The notes below the pieces were generated by a model. The model was not told the origin of the DNA. It worked only from the letters and a program-made list of their open reading frames with translations, and ran no database searches. From an uncultured virus (IMG/VR IMGVR_UViG_3300048839_000486) (taxonomy: Duplodnaviria; Heunggongvirae; Uroviricota; Caudoviricetes): 64,000 bases of DNA. Below are positions 35,514 through 46,600 of this stretch, in pieces. Where the stretch lies: the IMG/VR virus record IMGVR_UViG_3300048839_000486; one strand, written 5' to 3'. Made by a program: the position numbers and the translations under genes. Every line of letters starts with the position of its first letter. Position 1 is the stretch's first letter.

Positions 35514-36080
35514 CTATGGTTGCCGATTCAGCCAACTCTCCGCGTCCATCTGGGAGATGTACGCCCCGCACGCCTCGCCGTGCCACGAACAATACCGGGG
35601 CACCGGACCAAACACCCGCATCCCCACCCTGCGGATCATCGCGACTGCCCCAGGATTCCGCTCGGGAGTGAGGCCGGTGAGGCTGTCCAAGCCAGAGAAC
35701 TCAAACGCATAGTCCAGCATCCGGCGAACTAACTCCGCCTTCATGAAAATCATCGGAGCCATCGGAGACCAGAACGAGAACCCCACTTCCGCCTTAGTCA
35801 AGCCGGCGAGTCGCTGAATGGAGTTGATGAAGCCCATCCCGCACAGCGTCACCGCGTCCGACTCCAGTTGCTTCCGGTAGGCCCCGATGATGACGGACTC
35901 CTGCTCCGTCATCCACGACAGGAACCACTTGATGTCCGGCTCTGCCTGATGAAAAACCTGCCGAATCGAACCATCCGCGATCATGGCGCAGTAGGCCATC
36001 GCCAGCATTTCGTCCGTGGGCCTGGGACCCACAAGCCACTCTCCAGAATCGTAGCCGATGCTCGTCTTCTTCCACGTCAC
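35514..36080 (-). CDS. GNAT-fold protein
   Basis: AEVGFSFW...LDYAFEFSGLDSLTGLTPERNPGAVAMIRRVG, a RimJ/RimL-like pattern. Confidence 0.65.
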   Translation of the reverse strand: MTWKKTSIGYDSGEWLVGPRPTDEMLAMAYCAMIADGSIRQVFHQAEPDIKWFLSWMTEQESVIIGAYRKQLESDAVTLCGMGFINSIQRLAGLTKAEVGFSFWSPMAPMIFMKAELVRRMLDYAFEFSGLDSLTGLTPERNPGAVAMIRRVGMRVFGPVPRYCSWHGEACGAYISQMDAESWLNRQP

Positions 36081-36694
36081 GCGAGCACCCCCGTCATCCT
36101 CAGCGCCGCTAGCACATTACAGCGAAGCTCCGCGATCCCCCATCGGTTCTCCAAAACAACTGAAGGGCGAATCAGGTCAACGAATCTCTCGGAAGAGTGC
36201 CGATCCGGGTTTGCATCCGACGCCGGACGTGTCACCCGCCACAGGATTCCGCCCTCGTGCTTGATGCACTCCGACTCATTGACAAAGCGGACATCCGTTA
36301 CCACCCAAAGCGTAGCCGGCTCCGCCCGAACCGATTCCAAGAAAGCAATCAGCCAGTAATCCGGATTTTGTACGCGCCGATACTCAGTTCCCCATGTTTG
36401 CAGGATTCGCCTGATGCTGTCTCGGTATGGCTGCTTAAAGAGGTCATCGGGTTGCGCCGCCGGGCCGTTCTGGATCTCCTGCTCCAATCTGGATCGCAGG
36501 ATCTCCGGGGCGTCCTCCGGGATCGGCTCCTCACCGCGCAAGACGCGCCCAACCTCATCCCGAAGCGCATCTCCAAAGGCAATTCGCTTACATGGGACAG
36601 CCTCTTGGATGAGAGAGAATATGGTGTCTTTCCCGCTCTGCTTGCGCCCCACGACACCGATGATCCTTGGCTTTTCCAACCTAGCACCTCCCAC
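36077..36694 (-). CDS. Deoxynucleoside monophosphate kinase
   Basis: GRKQSGKDT P-loop, AFGDALR, RRILQTWGTE, VTDVRFVNE, HSSE. Confidence 0.88.
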   Translation of the reverse strand: MGGARLEKPRIIGVVGRKQSGKDTIFSLIQEAVPCKRIAFGDALRDEVGRVLRGEEPIPEDAPEILRSRLEQEIQNGPAAQPDDLFKQPYRDSIRRILQTWGTEYRRVQNPDYWLIAFLESVRAEPATLWVVTDVRFVNESECIKHEGGILWRVTRPASDANPDRHSSERFVDLIRPSVVLENRWGIAELRCNVLAALRMTGVLA

Positions 36695-36735
36695 GCGACT
36701 ACATTGACATTGTAACCCGAATCGCGTTCAATCGT

Positions 36736-37509
36736 CTACTTGTCCGGGTGCATAATCTTCGCCCAATCGAATGCCGGCCCGATATCGAACTTGTCTGAAC
36801 GGAAGTTCTGGTGTGAGGCGATTCCTTGAAACGACTGGAAGTAACTGGTAGCCGGATTGTTGATGTCGGCGCTCAATCTGAATCCCTCGCCGGGGATGAC
36901 GCGGGGGATCGAGAAAGACTCGCACAACTGGCTCACCAGCGCTCGCCCGCTCTCGTATTGCTGCGGAGTGAAGGTTGCATAATACCGCTCTCCGCGATGC
37001 GCCTCTTCCTTGTATTTCGCCAACTCGTCAACCGTGCAGTACTTGGTGCTAAAGTTCCCAGGCGGCCACCAGAACAACTCATCGCCCTTGCGCCGCAGTG
37101 GCCCGACGTTGACGAACTCGATTCCGATGCTGCGCCGGTCATGTTTGTAGCTTTGGCTCGCCTGCCCCGGAATGCCAAGATGGAAGGCCCAGTGTTTCGG
37201 GTCGAACAGCTCATACACCGCGCCGTCCCGGTCAATGATGTACGCCGTCGCCACGCGCTGTTCGTCGGACATCCAATGCGAATACGCACCTTCAGCCGAA
37301 CTGCCCGCCGTGAAGTGCAGCACGACGAGGTCCTTGGGTGTCACTTCCGGGATATACTGCGACTCTGGAAGCCTGAACCTAGTGCGATTGATGGAGAGAG
37401 GTTGCGCCGCAACAGTGGGGACGGCGGGCGCCGGCGCTACCTCTGCGACTGGCGGGTCGATCTCGTCGGCCCACGCCCTCATCTTTGCGGCCAGATCCTT
37501 GGGTGTCAT
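36736..37509 (-). CDS. Endolysin, N-acetylmuramoyl-L-alanine amidase (Amidase_2-like)
   Basis: VVLHFTAG, AYIIDRDG, WAFHLG, SIGIEFVN, SHQN...KFDIGP. Confidence 0.88.
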   Translation of the reverse strand: MTPKDLAAKMRAWADEIDPPVAEVAPAPAVPTVAAQPLSINRTRFRLPESQYIPEVTPKDLVVLHFTAGSSAEGAYSHWMSDEQRVATAYIIDRDGAVYELFDPKHWAFHLGIPGQASQSYKHDRRSIGIEFVNVGPLRRKGDELFWWPPGNFSTKYCTVDELAKYKEEAHRGERYYATFTPQQYESGRALVSQLCESFSIPRVIPGEGFRLSADINNPATSYFQSFQGIASHQNFRSDKFDIGPAFDWAKIMHPDK

Positions 37510-38246
37510 GCTGCGACCGCCTCCCTCCAGAGGTCCTTATACCGAACACTGCGCTTGTAGTCGCCATGCTTCTGGATGTGTTCAGACAGGTCCCAGAGCT
37601 TGACGTGCTGCGGTACAGCGCGGGGATTCCGTGGCCCTCGCAGTCCGAGGGCGCCATCCCAAAGCGCGAGGCGATACGCCCGCTTCAGAACCGCATCGTT
37701 CTGGCTGTATGCCACAAAGACCCGCTCTGCGCGATCAAGATATTGTCCGTACCCCTTCTTCCGGGTTACGTCAAGGTCGTCGTCCCCTATGGCGGCGGCG
37801 GCCAGAATCAGGTCATCCAGATGCAACCCGGCCTTCAGGGACTCACAGCCAACGCGGCATCCCATACTGTGCCCTTGGTAGGTGAGGCGGGTCTTCTTGT
37901 TTTTACGCAACGGAGCCAGGGCGGCAGCAAGACGGCGGCCTGTCTCTTCGGCCCTCCATCGGGCAGACCAAAACCCCAAGTTCAGTGTGGAACCAGGCCA
38001 CGTGAGGCCGACAAACGCATCGTAGCAACCGTACAGGCTGCGTTCGATCTCCGAGTACGCCCCAAACGCATCGTCCACGTTAAAGCCGTGGCCGAGCACG
38101 CAGACCGATAAACCCTCCAGCCGGGCCAGCGCCTCCTCCTCCGGGATCGGCGGTGCCCCAACGTCGAGTTCATGCCATGTCACCGCCTGATCCGGATTGT
38201 GCCGCAGTGTACTCGTGCCGTAGCGGGTATTGAGAACCAACATCAC
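37506..38246 (-). CDS. Alpha/beta hydrolase (esterase-like)
   Basis: HGFN oxyanion motif, GHSMG nucleophile elbow, NDAVL and a C-terminal His (HGDY). Confidence 0.85.
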   Translation of the reverse strand: MMLVLNTRYGTSTLRHNPDQAVTWHELDVGAPPIPEEEALARLEGLSVCVLGHGFNVDDAFGAYSEIERSLYGCYDAFVGLTWPGSTLNLGFWSARWRAEETGRRLAAALAPLRKNKKTRLTYQGHSMGCRVGCESLKAGLHLDDLILAAAAIGDDDLDVTRKKGYGQYLDRAERVFVAYSQNDAVLKRAYRLALWDGALGLRGPRNPRAVPQHVKLWDLSEHIQKHGDYKRSVRYKDLWREAVAA

Positions 38247-38578
38247 GCCCCTCCGATTTCCCGAATTACCCAAACCTCAAACTTCTTACCCCCCATGCTG
38301 AGGATTGCCTTCTCCTTCCAGTCGGGCTTGGCCTTCTCCTGTATCAGGATCTCTTCAACGATCTGACCGATGACAGAATCCTCAGGCAGCGCCTCAGCCA
38401 GACCAGCCGTGGCGAGTTGCGCCAGTATAGGCCGCAGGCCATCCAAAACCATCTGTTTCTTCGTGGGGCCAGTGCCGGGAGGCAGCATTTCTTCAGCCTC
38501 TCGGATACGCGATGGGGCATATCGCGCAACGAGTGCGCGGATGCCCCAGACGCCAGCGGCGACGGCGATCGAGGCCAC
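38243..38578 (-). CDS. Putative holin-like protein
   Basis: Hydrophobic N-terminus and EAE...GTGPTKKQMV pattern; upstream of the lysin genes. Confidence 0.45.
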   Translation of the reverse strand: MASIAVAAGVWGIRALVARYAPSRIREAEEMLPPGTGPTKKQMVLDGLRPILAQLATAGLAEALPEDSVIGQIVEEILIQEKAKPDWKEKAILSMGGKKFEVWVIREIGGA

Positions 38579-38582
38579 GAGG

Positions 38583-39326
38583 CTACTCCCCCCTGCTGAC
38601 TACCGCCGCGTAGATGGCTTCCAGCATCTCCCGGTCGGTCATCTCGCTGGCGGGGACGATAATCCATCCCGCGATTGTCTGCCGCAGCCTCTCGTCCTTG
38701 TTGAGTGGGCGAACAGGCACCGGAATCGCATCTTTTTCGTCGCCGGCGTGGACCTCCTCGACCAGGGGCACCCACGCCAGTTCCGCACCGCTGTGTCCCC
38801 ACATCCCAGGCGAGTTCACTCCGTTGACGTTCCGCATCTTCAGGAGAGCGCCGACGTTGTATCGCGCACCCTTCACCTCGATGAGATGCTGCCGGCGCGA
38901 ATCGCCGCGATAGTCGATGAAGTACGGGCCACCATAAGTGTTCTCCGTAACCGCATCGGGAGAGAGTTTGAGATCAGCAGCCAGCTTCGCTGCTTCTGCC
39001 GCCGAGGAAAGCGTCTCCGGAGGAATAGGCCAAGTCTGCCCGTCGATGATCGACACCATCACTGCCGCCGTCGGCGGAATGGCATAGGCCGGGTACTCGG
39101 TCATGCCCGGCAGGTTTAGGGCCGCAGCCTCACCCTGCGACATCTTCAGCAACTCGAATCGCCCGTCGCGGAAGACCGTGTATTCCGGCGACGGCGCGGG
39201 TTTCGGGTCCATCCACCGCTTGATCGGCTTGCTTGGGTCAAACGGGGGCGGCTCCTCGCCGAACTTCTGCCTGAATGTCGCACGGGTATACGTCTCGAAA
39301 ATGTTCAAGTCTCGAATGTTTTTCAT
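38583..39326 (-). CDS. Hypothetical protein
   Basis: 247-aa ORF with an AAGGAAG RBS. Confidence 0.7.
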   Translation of the reverse strand: MKNIRDLNIFETYTRATFRQKFGEEPPPFDPSKPIKRWMDPKPAPSPEYTVFRDGRFELLKMSQGEAAALNLPGMTEYPAYAIPPTAAVMVSIIDGQTWPIPPETLSSAAEAAKLAADLKLSPDAVTENTYGGPYFIDYRGDSRRQHLIEVKGARYNVGALLKMRNVNGVNSPGMWGHSGAELAWVPLVEEVHAGDEKDAIPVPVRPLNKDERLRQTIAGWIIVPASEMTDREMLEAIYAAVVSRGE

Positions 39327-39361
39327 GTGCTTCCTTTCACTCGTCTACCGCCTGATCCGCG

Positions 39362-39565
39362 CTACGCCGGTTCTGGCGCCGGCACGGTCAGGGTTTTCCC
39401 GTCGCTGGAGACGACGGGGTTTCCGGCTATGGGGATGTTGGCGCCCAGCATGAACCCCGTAATCAAAAGGGTGCGCTGCATCTCCAGGTTCTCTTTCTCC
39501 TTTGCGATCCTCTGTAAATGGGCCTGAACTACTTCTGGCAGTTCAAGCACGGTGTCTTTAGGCAT
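39362..39565 (-). CDS. Hypothetical protein
   Basis: GAGGAG RBS; 67 aa. Confidence 0.6.
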   Translation of the reverse strand: MPKDTVLELPEVVQAHLQRIAKEKENLEMQRTLLITGFMLGANIPIAGNPVVSSDGKTLTVPAPEPA

Positions 39566-39568
39566 GGC

Positions 39569-39820
39569 TTACTCCTCCCCTTGCGGGTCGCCTTCTGGCG
39601 CGTCTTGTTCTTCACCGACAATCACAACTGGCGTCGGGATGCCGTCCGCTTGAGCCGAGGCAGCGTTGATCGCCGTCTGCATGACGTGCCCAGCGATTCG
39701 CTGGCGCAGGCTTGTTGCCACGAACTCGCCTGCTGTTGTTTCTTGAGATGCCGCCATCTCCTGAAGCGTGGCGTACACCTCCACGGGCAGCATAATTGTA
39801 ATTGGCCGGACTTTCTGCAT
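39569..39820 (-). CDS. Hypothetical protein, possible ribbon-helix-helix fold
   Basis: ITIMLPVEVYATLQEMA...TAGEFV beta-alpha-alpha pattern. Confidence 0.5.
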   Translation of the reverse strand: MQKVRPITIMLPVEVYATLQEMAASQETTAGEFVATSLRQRIAGHVMQTAINAASAQADGIPTPVVIVGEEQDAPEGDPQGEE

Positions 39821-39822
39821 AC

Positions 39823-42800
39823 TTACTCCAGTGCCGAGATACGAGAATCCAATTCGGCCAGTTTCTCGTTGACTGTTTGATCCCCGCTATAAATGAGCGG
39901 AGCTTTCGCTGCTAGCTCATTCGTCAGTCCTGAAACCTTCGCTATGGTGAACCCTGTCACTGTTCCAGAATTAGTAAAATTAATGCCACCATTGGCAACA
40001 AACTGCAATTCCCCCTGGATCTGAAGCAGCGTGGATGTCGCCGTAAAGCATACAGTGGTTCCTTGCTTGACCTGCAAGGCTTCTGCGATGACGTAGGTGC
40101 TCAGCAGGGAGAGGACGGCTGACCCGTTTGTGATGACGATTCCGCCGGCTGAGATATTAACCGAGTTGGCGCCCTTGACGAAGGCGGCACCAGACGCATT
40201 TAGAACGATGTACGCATCCGTGGAGGAGTTATTGATCCTCATTTCGCCAGTCAGGTTGATTGTCTTCGCCAGCAGGAAGTTCATCACCGCAGCTTCAAAG
40301 ATGACGAAACCGCTATCCACGCCAAAATACGACGGGCTCAACCCCCACGTTTCGAGGTTGGTCAGCGCCTTCGCTGTGAGTTTCTTCTGCCCACTCTCAT
40401 CCACGATGACAAGGCGGTCGCCGAGTAGCGGAGTGAGTTTGCCCGCAACAATGGTCATGCCATCGCCCAAATTGACCGTGATTCCTTCTGCGGTCCTGGT
40501 CACTCCGCCCGCTGTGGGTTCCTCCACCGTCAAAACCACGTTGTCAATCAGCATCCGGCCCGAGGTCGCGGCGGCGGGCAGGAAGAATACCACCTGGAGC
40601 TTTGCAGCGTTCGCCGGGGCCGTGCCGGTCACGGTGTATGAGGCATAGGAGTCTCCAGTGATTGTCGCCGGCGGGATGTCGCTGATGTAGCCGCCTGCGG
40701 CGTTCAGCCACTGCAAATACATGGACCCCGTCGTGTTCGTGTTCTCCCGCGCATACGCTTGCAGCCGATAGATTCTGCCAGGGGCCACATTGCCTACCGT
40801 CTGAGTGAAGTATCGGTTTTCCGATGCGGCGGGAATGTAGGCAGCCTGACCATCATAGGCATCAGTGGTGGTAGCGACGATGCCAGCGACGGGGGGGTCC
40901 CAATCGTTGAGGCCGGCGGCGAAGTTCCCATTCGACAAACCCCCGCCATCCTTGGTGGAAACCAACTTGCCGTCGATGATATTGGCGCCAGATCCCAATG
41001 TCGATGGGTCAATATGGGCAGCATCGAACCCCTCGCTCGAAGGAACCGCGATCGGGCCAACGATAACCGGAGTGCCAGGGACACTGTCCTGGTTGATCGG
41101 GGTCAGGCGGATCTTCCACCAGGTTGGATACGCCTCCATCTTCCAGAGGGACGTGCGCTGCTCCGATACCCACTTAGACGTGCCGGCATCGAACACGCCT
41201 CGCGGATCAAGTCCACCCAAGTCGATCCACTCTTCCGAATCCGGCGTGGTCATCGCCTCATCGAGGTAGGGCATGGCATCCACCTCGATCCAGTAAATGC
41301 CGGCCCAGTCGTTCTCATCGTCGTAAATCGCCCGCTTGATGAACCCATACGACGGGACGCCATCTACCACCGCTGTCACGGCCAACGAGTTGTTAGCGTA
41401 TGTCGAGGGTGGCGCTGGCGCCGCTGCGATCAGAGGGAGCGGAGCCTGCGAGTCAACCCAGTCCGTCGTTGTCCCGTCGGCATAGACCAAGCGCACGCTC
41501 GCTTTTGCGTAGCGCTCATATTCGGGAAGGGGCCTGGGCCATGCGCCCCACGTCCACGATTCTTGAGAGATCGGGATACGATCACCGAAGACCCGCCAAT
41601 CGCCCTCTTGCGTTGTCCCGGCGTCTTCGTAAAAGAACCCAAGCCGGGCCTGCCAGGAAACAGCGCCCGTCGCCGGGATCGGAGGGATGATCGTGATTTC
41701 AGACTGATAGGCCTCCGGGTGTCCGGGCGGGCTCTGGATGGCGACCGAACACGCCATGCTCTGCGTGGGCTCAACCGGGACGCCCGCCTTTGGAACAAGC
41801 GCACTCGCCCCGCTGTAGACCCACGCGCCGCGCTCGCCGCGCTCGTTGAATGCACGCACACGGGACCAGAGGGAGACATCGGTGGCGTCCCGGTAGAACG
41901 GCGGCAGCGGCGGCGCACCAGGATTCACTTCCCGAACGAATCCGCCATAAACGCTGCCGGCAGGAATCCAATCGCCGTCAGCGCCCGGCGGCGTGACTGA
42001 ATCTCCATACGCCAACTCGTATTCGTACCCAACGGTGCTCCCGATGGGTGATGGGAGGGTCCAAAAAATACTGGCGTGCCAGGTGAGGGGACCTAAGACA
42101 ACAACCCTCTGTCCGACGCCGGACGGAGGGTTGGGCGCAACCCCGTCACTAGGGTTCCCAGACAACTCACCACTCGTGATGTTGATTGTCCAGTAGGTTG
42201 TCAGCGACGCCTTAGTGTGGTCTTTGTACGGCTGCCGGCTGCGCTCACCATAAGAGGCGAGAAGCAGGTAATTGTCGCCCTCGACCAGATACCCGCGAGG
42301 GATGATGACATCGACTTCGCCGAGATTATCCGGCGGCGGGTCGGCAGGTGTCCCGGTGTAAGGCATCTGCCCGGACGCATACGGGCGCTTGGGGTCGTCT
42401 GCCGGCTCCCAAAATGCGACGACTCCTTGGAACTCGGGGTTGATCGTCGGGATTGCGCTACTGCCAATATAGGGAGGCGCGTACCCGCTATAGGGCGTAT
42501 CCGTGCGGAGTGCCTGAAGGCGTAGATCTCCGTTGGCGAGCCACGTCTTGACCGGCGGCGCCGAGGACGTGACTGTGACGTTCCCTAACCCGTCATCCAC
42601 AATCCCGGACAGGTAATCCGTGAAATCGAGCGTGATTGTCGCAAATGGCGTGTACCCCGCCGGCGCGGGCGGGGCAAGCGCCGTGAGCCGAACGAGCCGG
42701 TTGGCGTACCCCCAAGAGCGAGATAGGGCGTAGATCACCCATTTCACCTTGGGATCTACCAGTGACTCAAGGTAATCCATGGGCGGCACTGGAACGTCGA

Positions 42801-43617
42801 GTTTGGCCGTCCAGGTTTTCGGGTCAAGCTCCTGCGATTCTTCGCTGAAGTGCCAGCCTTGCGGGTAGAGTTGGCCCGGCAGGGTGATATTCTCCGGGTC
42901 AACATCGTCCTCTTTTGGGATTTCGATGAAGACTTCGACGCCAGCGAAGTTACCATCCTCCGGGGCCGTACCCGTCATCGTCACCAAGACCCGTCCGTCC
43001 TTGATCTCGAACGTCGCAGCGACATCTGTTGAGTCGGCAAGCGGAGTCTCCCCGACTGGAGTAGCCGCAGGGATTTCCACCACGACAGAGGGGGTAGCAC
43101 CCTCATCCAGCGGGTTTGTGGCCGTAGCCGTCATCGACGAAAGCCAAATCTGACAATCCCGATCGCCAGCAGCCGGCTGAGTCACCACCACGCGGACCAT
43201 GCCCCACCCGTCCTCGTCCGGCTGGTAGGGCATAAACCCTGCATCGACAGGCACGTCCGTTGATGTGTCCGGCATCCGGAACCAGGCTTGGACACCCCAA
43301 AAGGAACCGATCGGAGAGGGCGCCCGGTATCGCAGCGTCACAGCCGCCGTGATCCCATCGAAGTTGACTGTCTCCACGACTTCGATGTCGGTGACGTTTC
43401 CAGGGATGGCCCCACTGCCGATTGCTGCACCGATGGCGTTTCCGGCTGTCCCGCCAACCCGCCGCATCCGCCCCAGGTCGCTCCGGACAGACCTCACCTC
43501 ATCCGATGACTTCGCAGCCCGTTTGAACAGATCCGCGATGATCGAATTGATGCGGAAGACCTTGGGGTCCTCCATATCTGCCTTGGTGATGCGAGGGATC
43601 AGGCTCTCTTCGGCCAT
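39823..43617 (-). CDS. Tail fibre / receptor-binding protein with a carbohydrate-binding-like domain
   Basis: 1264 aa with tandem beta-sandwich-like segments, an LSNGNF...W CBM-like domain and a C-terminal coiled coil (RISALE). Confidence 0.65.
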   Translation of the reverse strand: MAEESLIPRITKADMEDPKVFRINSIIADLFKRAAKSSDEVRSVRSDLGRMRRVGGTAGNAIGAAIGSGAIPGNVTDIEVVETVNFDGITAAVTLRYRAPSPIGSFWGVQAWFRMPDTSTDVPVDAGFMPYQPDEDGWGMVRVVVTQPAAGDRDCQIWLSSMTATATNPLDEGATPSVVVEIPAATPVGETPLADSTDVAATFEIKDGRVLVTMTGTAPEDGNFAGVEVFIEIPKEDDVDPENITLPGQLYPQGWHFSEESQELDPKTWTAKLDVPVPPMDYLESLVDPKVKWVIYALSRSWGYANRLVRLTALAPPAPAGYTPFATITLDFTDYLSGIVDDGLGNVTVTSSAPPVKTWLANGDLRLQALRTDTPYSGYAPPYIGSSAIPTINPEFQGVVAFWEPADDPKRPYASGQMPYTGTPADPPPDNLGEVDVIIPRGYLVEGDNYLLLASYGERSRQPYKDHTKASLTTYWTINITSGELSGNPSDGVAPNPPSGVGQRVVVLGPLTWHASIFWTLPSPIGSTVGYEYELAYGDSVTPPGADGDWIPAGSVYGGFVREVNPGAPPLPPFYRDATDVSLWSRVRAFNERGERGAWVYSGASALVPKAGVPVEPTQSMACSVAIQSPPGHPEAYQSEITIIPPIPATGAVSWQARLGFFYEDAGTTQEGDWRVFGDRIPISQESWTWGAWPRPLPEYERYAKASVRLVYADGTTTDWVDSQAPLPLIAAAPAPPSTYANNSLAVTAVVDGVPSYGFIKRAIYDDENDWAGIYWIEVDAMPYLDEAMTTPDSEEWIDLGGLDPRGVFDAGTSKWVSEQRTSLWKMEAYPTWWKIRLTPINQDSVPGTPVIVGPIAVPSSEGFDAAHIDPSTLGSGANIIDGKLVSTKDGGGLSNGNFAAGLNDWDPPVAGIVATTTDAYDGQAAYIPAASENRYFTQTVGNVAPGRIYRLQAYARENTNTTGSMYLQWLNAAGGYISDIPPATITGDSYASYTVTGTAPANAAKLQVVFFLPAAATSGRMLIDNVVLTVEEPTAGGVTRTAEGITVNLGDGMTIVAGKLTPLLGDRLVIVDESGQKKLTAKALTNLETWGLSPSYFGVDSGFVIFEAAVMNFLLAKTINLTGEMRINNSSTDAYIVLNASGAAFVKGANSVNISAGGIVITNGSAVLSLLSTYVIAEALQVKQGTTVCFTATSTLLQIQGELQFVANGGINFTNSGTVTGFTIAKVSGLTNELAAKAPLIYSGDQTVNEKLAELDSRISALE

Positions 43618-43667
43618 CGACTAGTACCTTGCGATCTAAAACCTTCTTCTATTCTACGCCCACTTCC

Positions 43668-46600
43668 CTATTTCTGAATCGGCATTTCATCCCACAAGTA
43701 GTGCTGCGCATACGGTGAGCGGGCATCCCCGGATAGGCTCATCGTCTCGATCCGGGTGGAATCCCGGTACAAGTAGAAGTGTTTCCCGGCCACATTCCCC
43801 TCAATCGTGATTCGGTAGCTGTGGCTCTTGTTCAGGACCCCGGCATTGATCGCCGGCAAGTAGAATCGCTGAACGTCCCGGTATGCCTGCTGGGGCAGGA
43901 TTTTCGAGAAGAATAGCACCCCGCCGTCGCGATAGATCTTCACGGTGATAGCGCTCTCCGAGCGATACTCGAACCACGCCTGCTTCATGTACTTGAAGCC
44001 GTTGCTTCCGAAGTACTGCTCGAACGTATCAAAAAACGTCTTCGCGCACGGCTCCCGCGTGAACTCATACTTCACGTCGAACAGTTGGTTTTTCCCGCTT
44101 GCGTGTGGAGTAAACCTTAACCCCACCAGACGCCCAATCACCTGAGTATTGGTCATGTTGCTGATGAAGCTGTAGGTCCGCACACGGTCAACAGCCGTTC
44201 CTGTGTGCGTGAAGTTCGCCACGTTCACACCGTCCACCCAAACACCGACACCACACGCCGTCCCCGCCGTATCCATGTCGAGCGTCACTGTGCGAAAGAC
44301 CTTTTCACACATGTAGCCCAAGTCAGACGGCTCAGTGAATAGAATGGTGTCCGGCGGGCGCCGCTCGAACGTCATGTCGATGCCGAAAATCTTGAAGTCT
44401 GCGGAGGTGACGGTGGGCCGCAGGCGATACATCTTGCAGATCACTTCCCCGCCATCCGAAGTCCGCTTCACTGGGAAGCTCGGCTTGCTTCGCCCGGAGC
44501 CCGTCAACACGAACGAAGCCACGTTCAACGTCTGCACGTTGCCACCGATGCCGCTGATCGTGTCGAGGTTCAGCGTCACAGTGGTCCCGTTCGTGTCGTA
44601 CTCAACGATCAGTTGCTCCAGGCGCTTATCGAACGGATAGCCGCCGTCCAGCCAATCCGAGGCGCGGCCCCTTTGAATCTCTGCTAGATCGAGGACCGTG
44701 AACGTGATCGAGTGCAGCGTTACTGGCGTGTTTTCGCTGGAATCCCCCTCGAATCGAAAGCCGATGGCGTAGGCTTCCTTCGCGCTGCCAGTATTGAAAG
44801 GAAGCGGAATCCGCCGCCGCCCAGCCGCTCCCGGAATCGTGAGTGTCTGGTCTGGGGTGGAAGCGTTGAAATCATAGTAGATCTTGACGGTAAGTGTGTT
44901 GGCTGATTCGAGTTCGACAACGACATCCCCCCACAGCTTGTTCATGGACGGATTGCCCATGACATAAAATCCGGTCTGCGCCATGAACGGGATGGCGTGC
45001 CCGTTGTCCCGGTAGCCCACTTCCTCCTCATAGAGGTAGGCAGTGGTTCCGCCCGAGGTCAGAAACCTGCCGGCGAACAACCTGTCCTGGAACGAAAGCA
45101 GCGTTGACCACGCCGAGTACGTTGCCCCCTCCAGCGCGGGCGTGTTTGGGCACCATCGCCCGCCGCCGACCGGGTTATAGACCCACTTCACGGTAGATCC
45201 GTTCGTATCCCGGCAAACCAGATGGATCTCGCCCTGATGGAAAGCCATCTTGACGTAGTCCAATGCCGCAAGTGAACGGTCCAGGGGCGCCCGCCCGTTC
45301 ACCGTCTTCTTCCTGAAGAACCAGTCGATTTGCGAGGAGATCTTCTCCGCGCCGCCCCCGGCCCAACGATACACGCCATCGTCGGAAAGATAGTAAAGCT
45401 CGTTGTCCCCCCGACACCACCCACCCTCGCAGACGACTCCGCGCTGTGCCGGCGTCTGGATGGGGTCTTGCATCTGCCCATTGAACACGCGCACAACGAA
45501 GATGCCGTGGCGGTTGAGGCAGACAACCTCCCCGCCGTACTCATCCAGCCCGAGGATTGGGTTAGATGGCGATCCGACCATGATCTGATGAACCGTCTCC
45601 ATCCCGTCTGCGACAACCGGAAACGCCTCCGGACGGCCGCTCTTGCTCTTATAGAGAACGTGAGGGTTGTTCTGATCTCCAGCCAGGTACACACTCATGC
45701 CGGCCCGCGTCGAGAACCGGCACGGAACGCCCACGATCGAACTGGTATTCAGCCGGATTGTGCCCGTGTGCGCCGCTTGAAAATTGACGGTGATATTGTT
45801 CCCGCTGAGGGATTGGACCTGAACCCATTCCGTCCGCTCGTTGTCCTGAACAAGGAGGCGCGTCCCCACCGTCAGCACTTGCTGCGCGTTCTGCCCAGCC
45901 GGCTGGATCATCGTCACAGCGATGGTCCGATTGCCCGTATTCCCATCCCCGGCAAAGGTCGCCATGAACGCTGTGGGCATCTTGCCCGTCACGGGTGGAT
46001 CGTTATCGAACTCCAGGAGTTTCGAGTAAATCAGGTCTGAGTCGGAAAGGGTGTCGGTGAAAGTGGCTGTTCCGTTTGTGATGTACCCCACCAGCCGAAA
46101 ATCCTGCCCAAGCGTGCCACCGCGACGGTAAATCCCCACGGACCCGACTTGGGTATCCGAACTGGTGACGATGCCACTCAGCGAGACTGCCCGTCGCTCC
46201 ACGTCCCGCATGTAGCGGCCCTCGATCATCAACGGCGACGGGTTGCTCTCGTGGCCGGTGGCGTCGTTCCGGTAGGTGTACGCCCACTCATACGGCGCCA
46301 GTCCCGGCTTCGCGTTGTAGAGACCACTCCCGCCCACCATCCGCAAGGAGGTGAAGGTCAGCGTGAGACTGGAATCCCCCACGGCTGCCGATTTCGCCCA
46401 AAGGCGAATCGCTTTCACGTTTGCCCATGTTTTCCCTGTCTGACCAGCGGCGCCAACGCGGGCGAATGCGTTCTTTGGAACGGAAACCTTGATGACGGGG
46501 CCGGTCCCTGAGTCATCAGCCCGAGAGAGAGGCAGTTCAGCCGGACGGCTCCGGTCGAACTCGTTGTCGGCCTCCGCAACGACAAAACGCACACTCCCGT

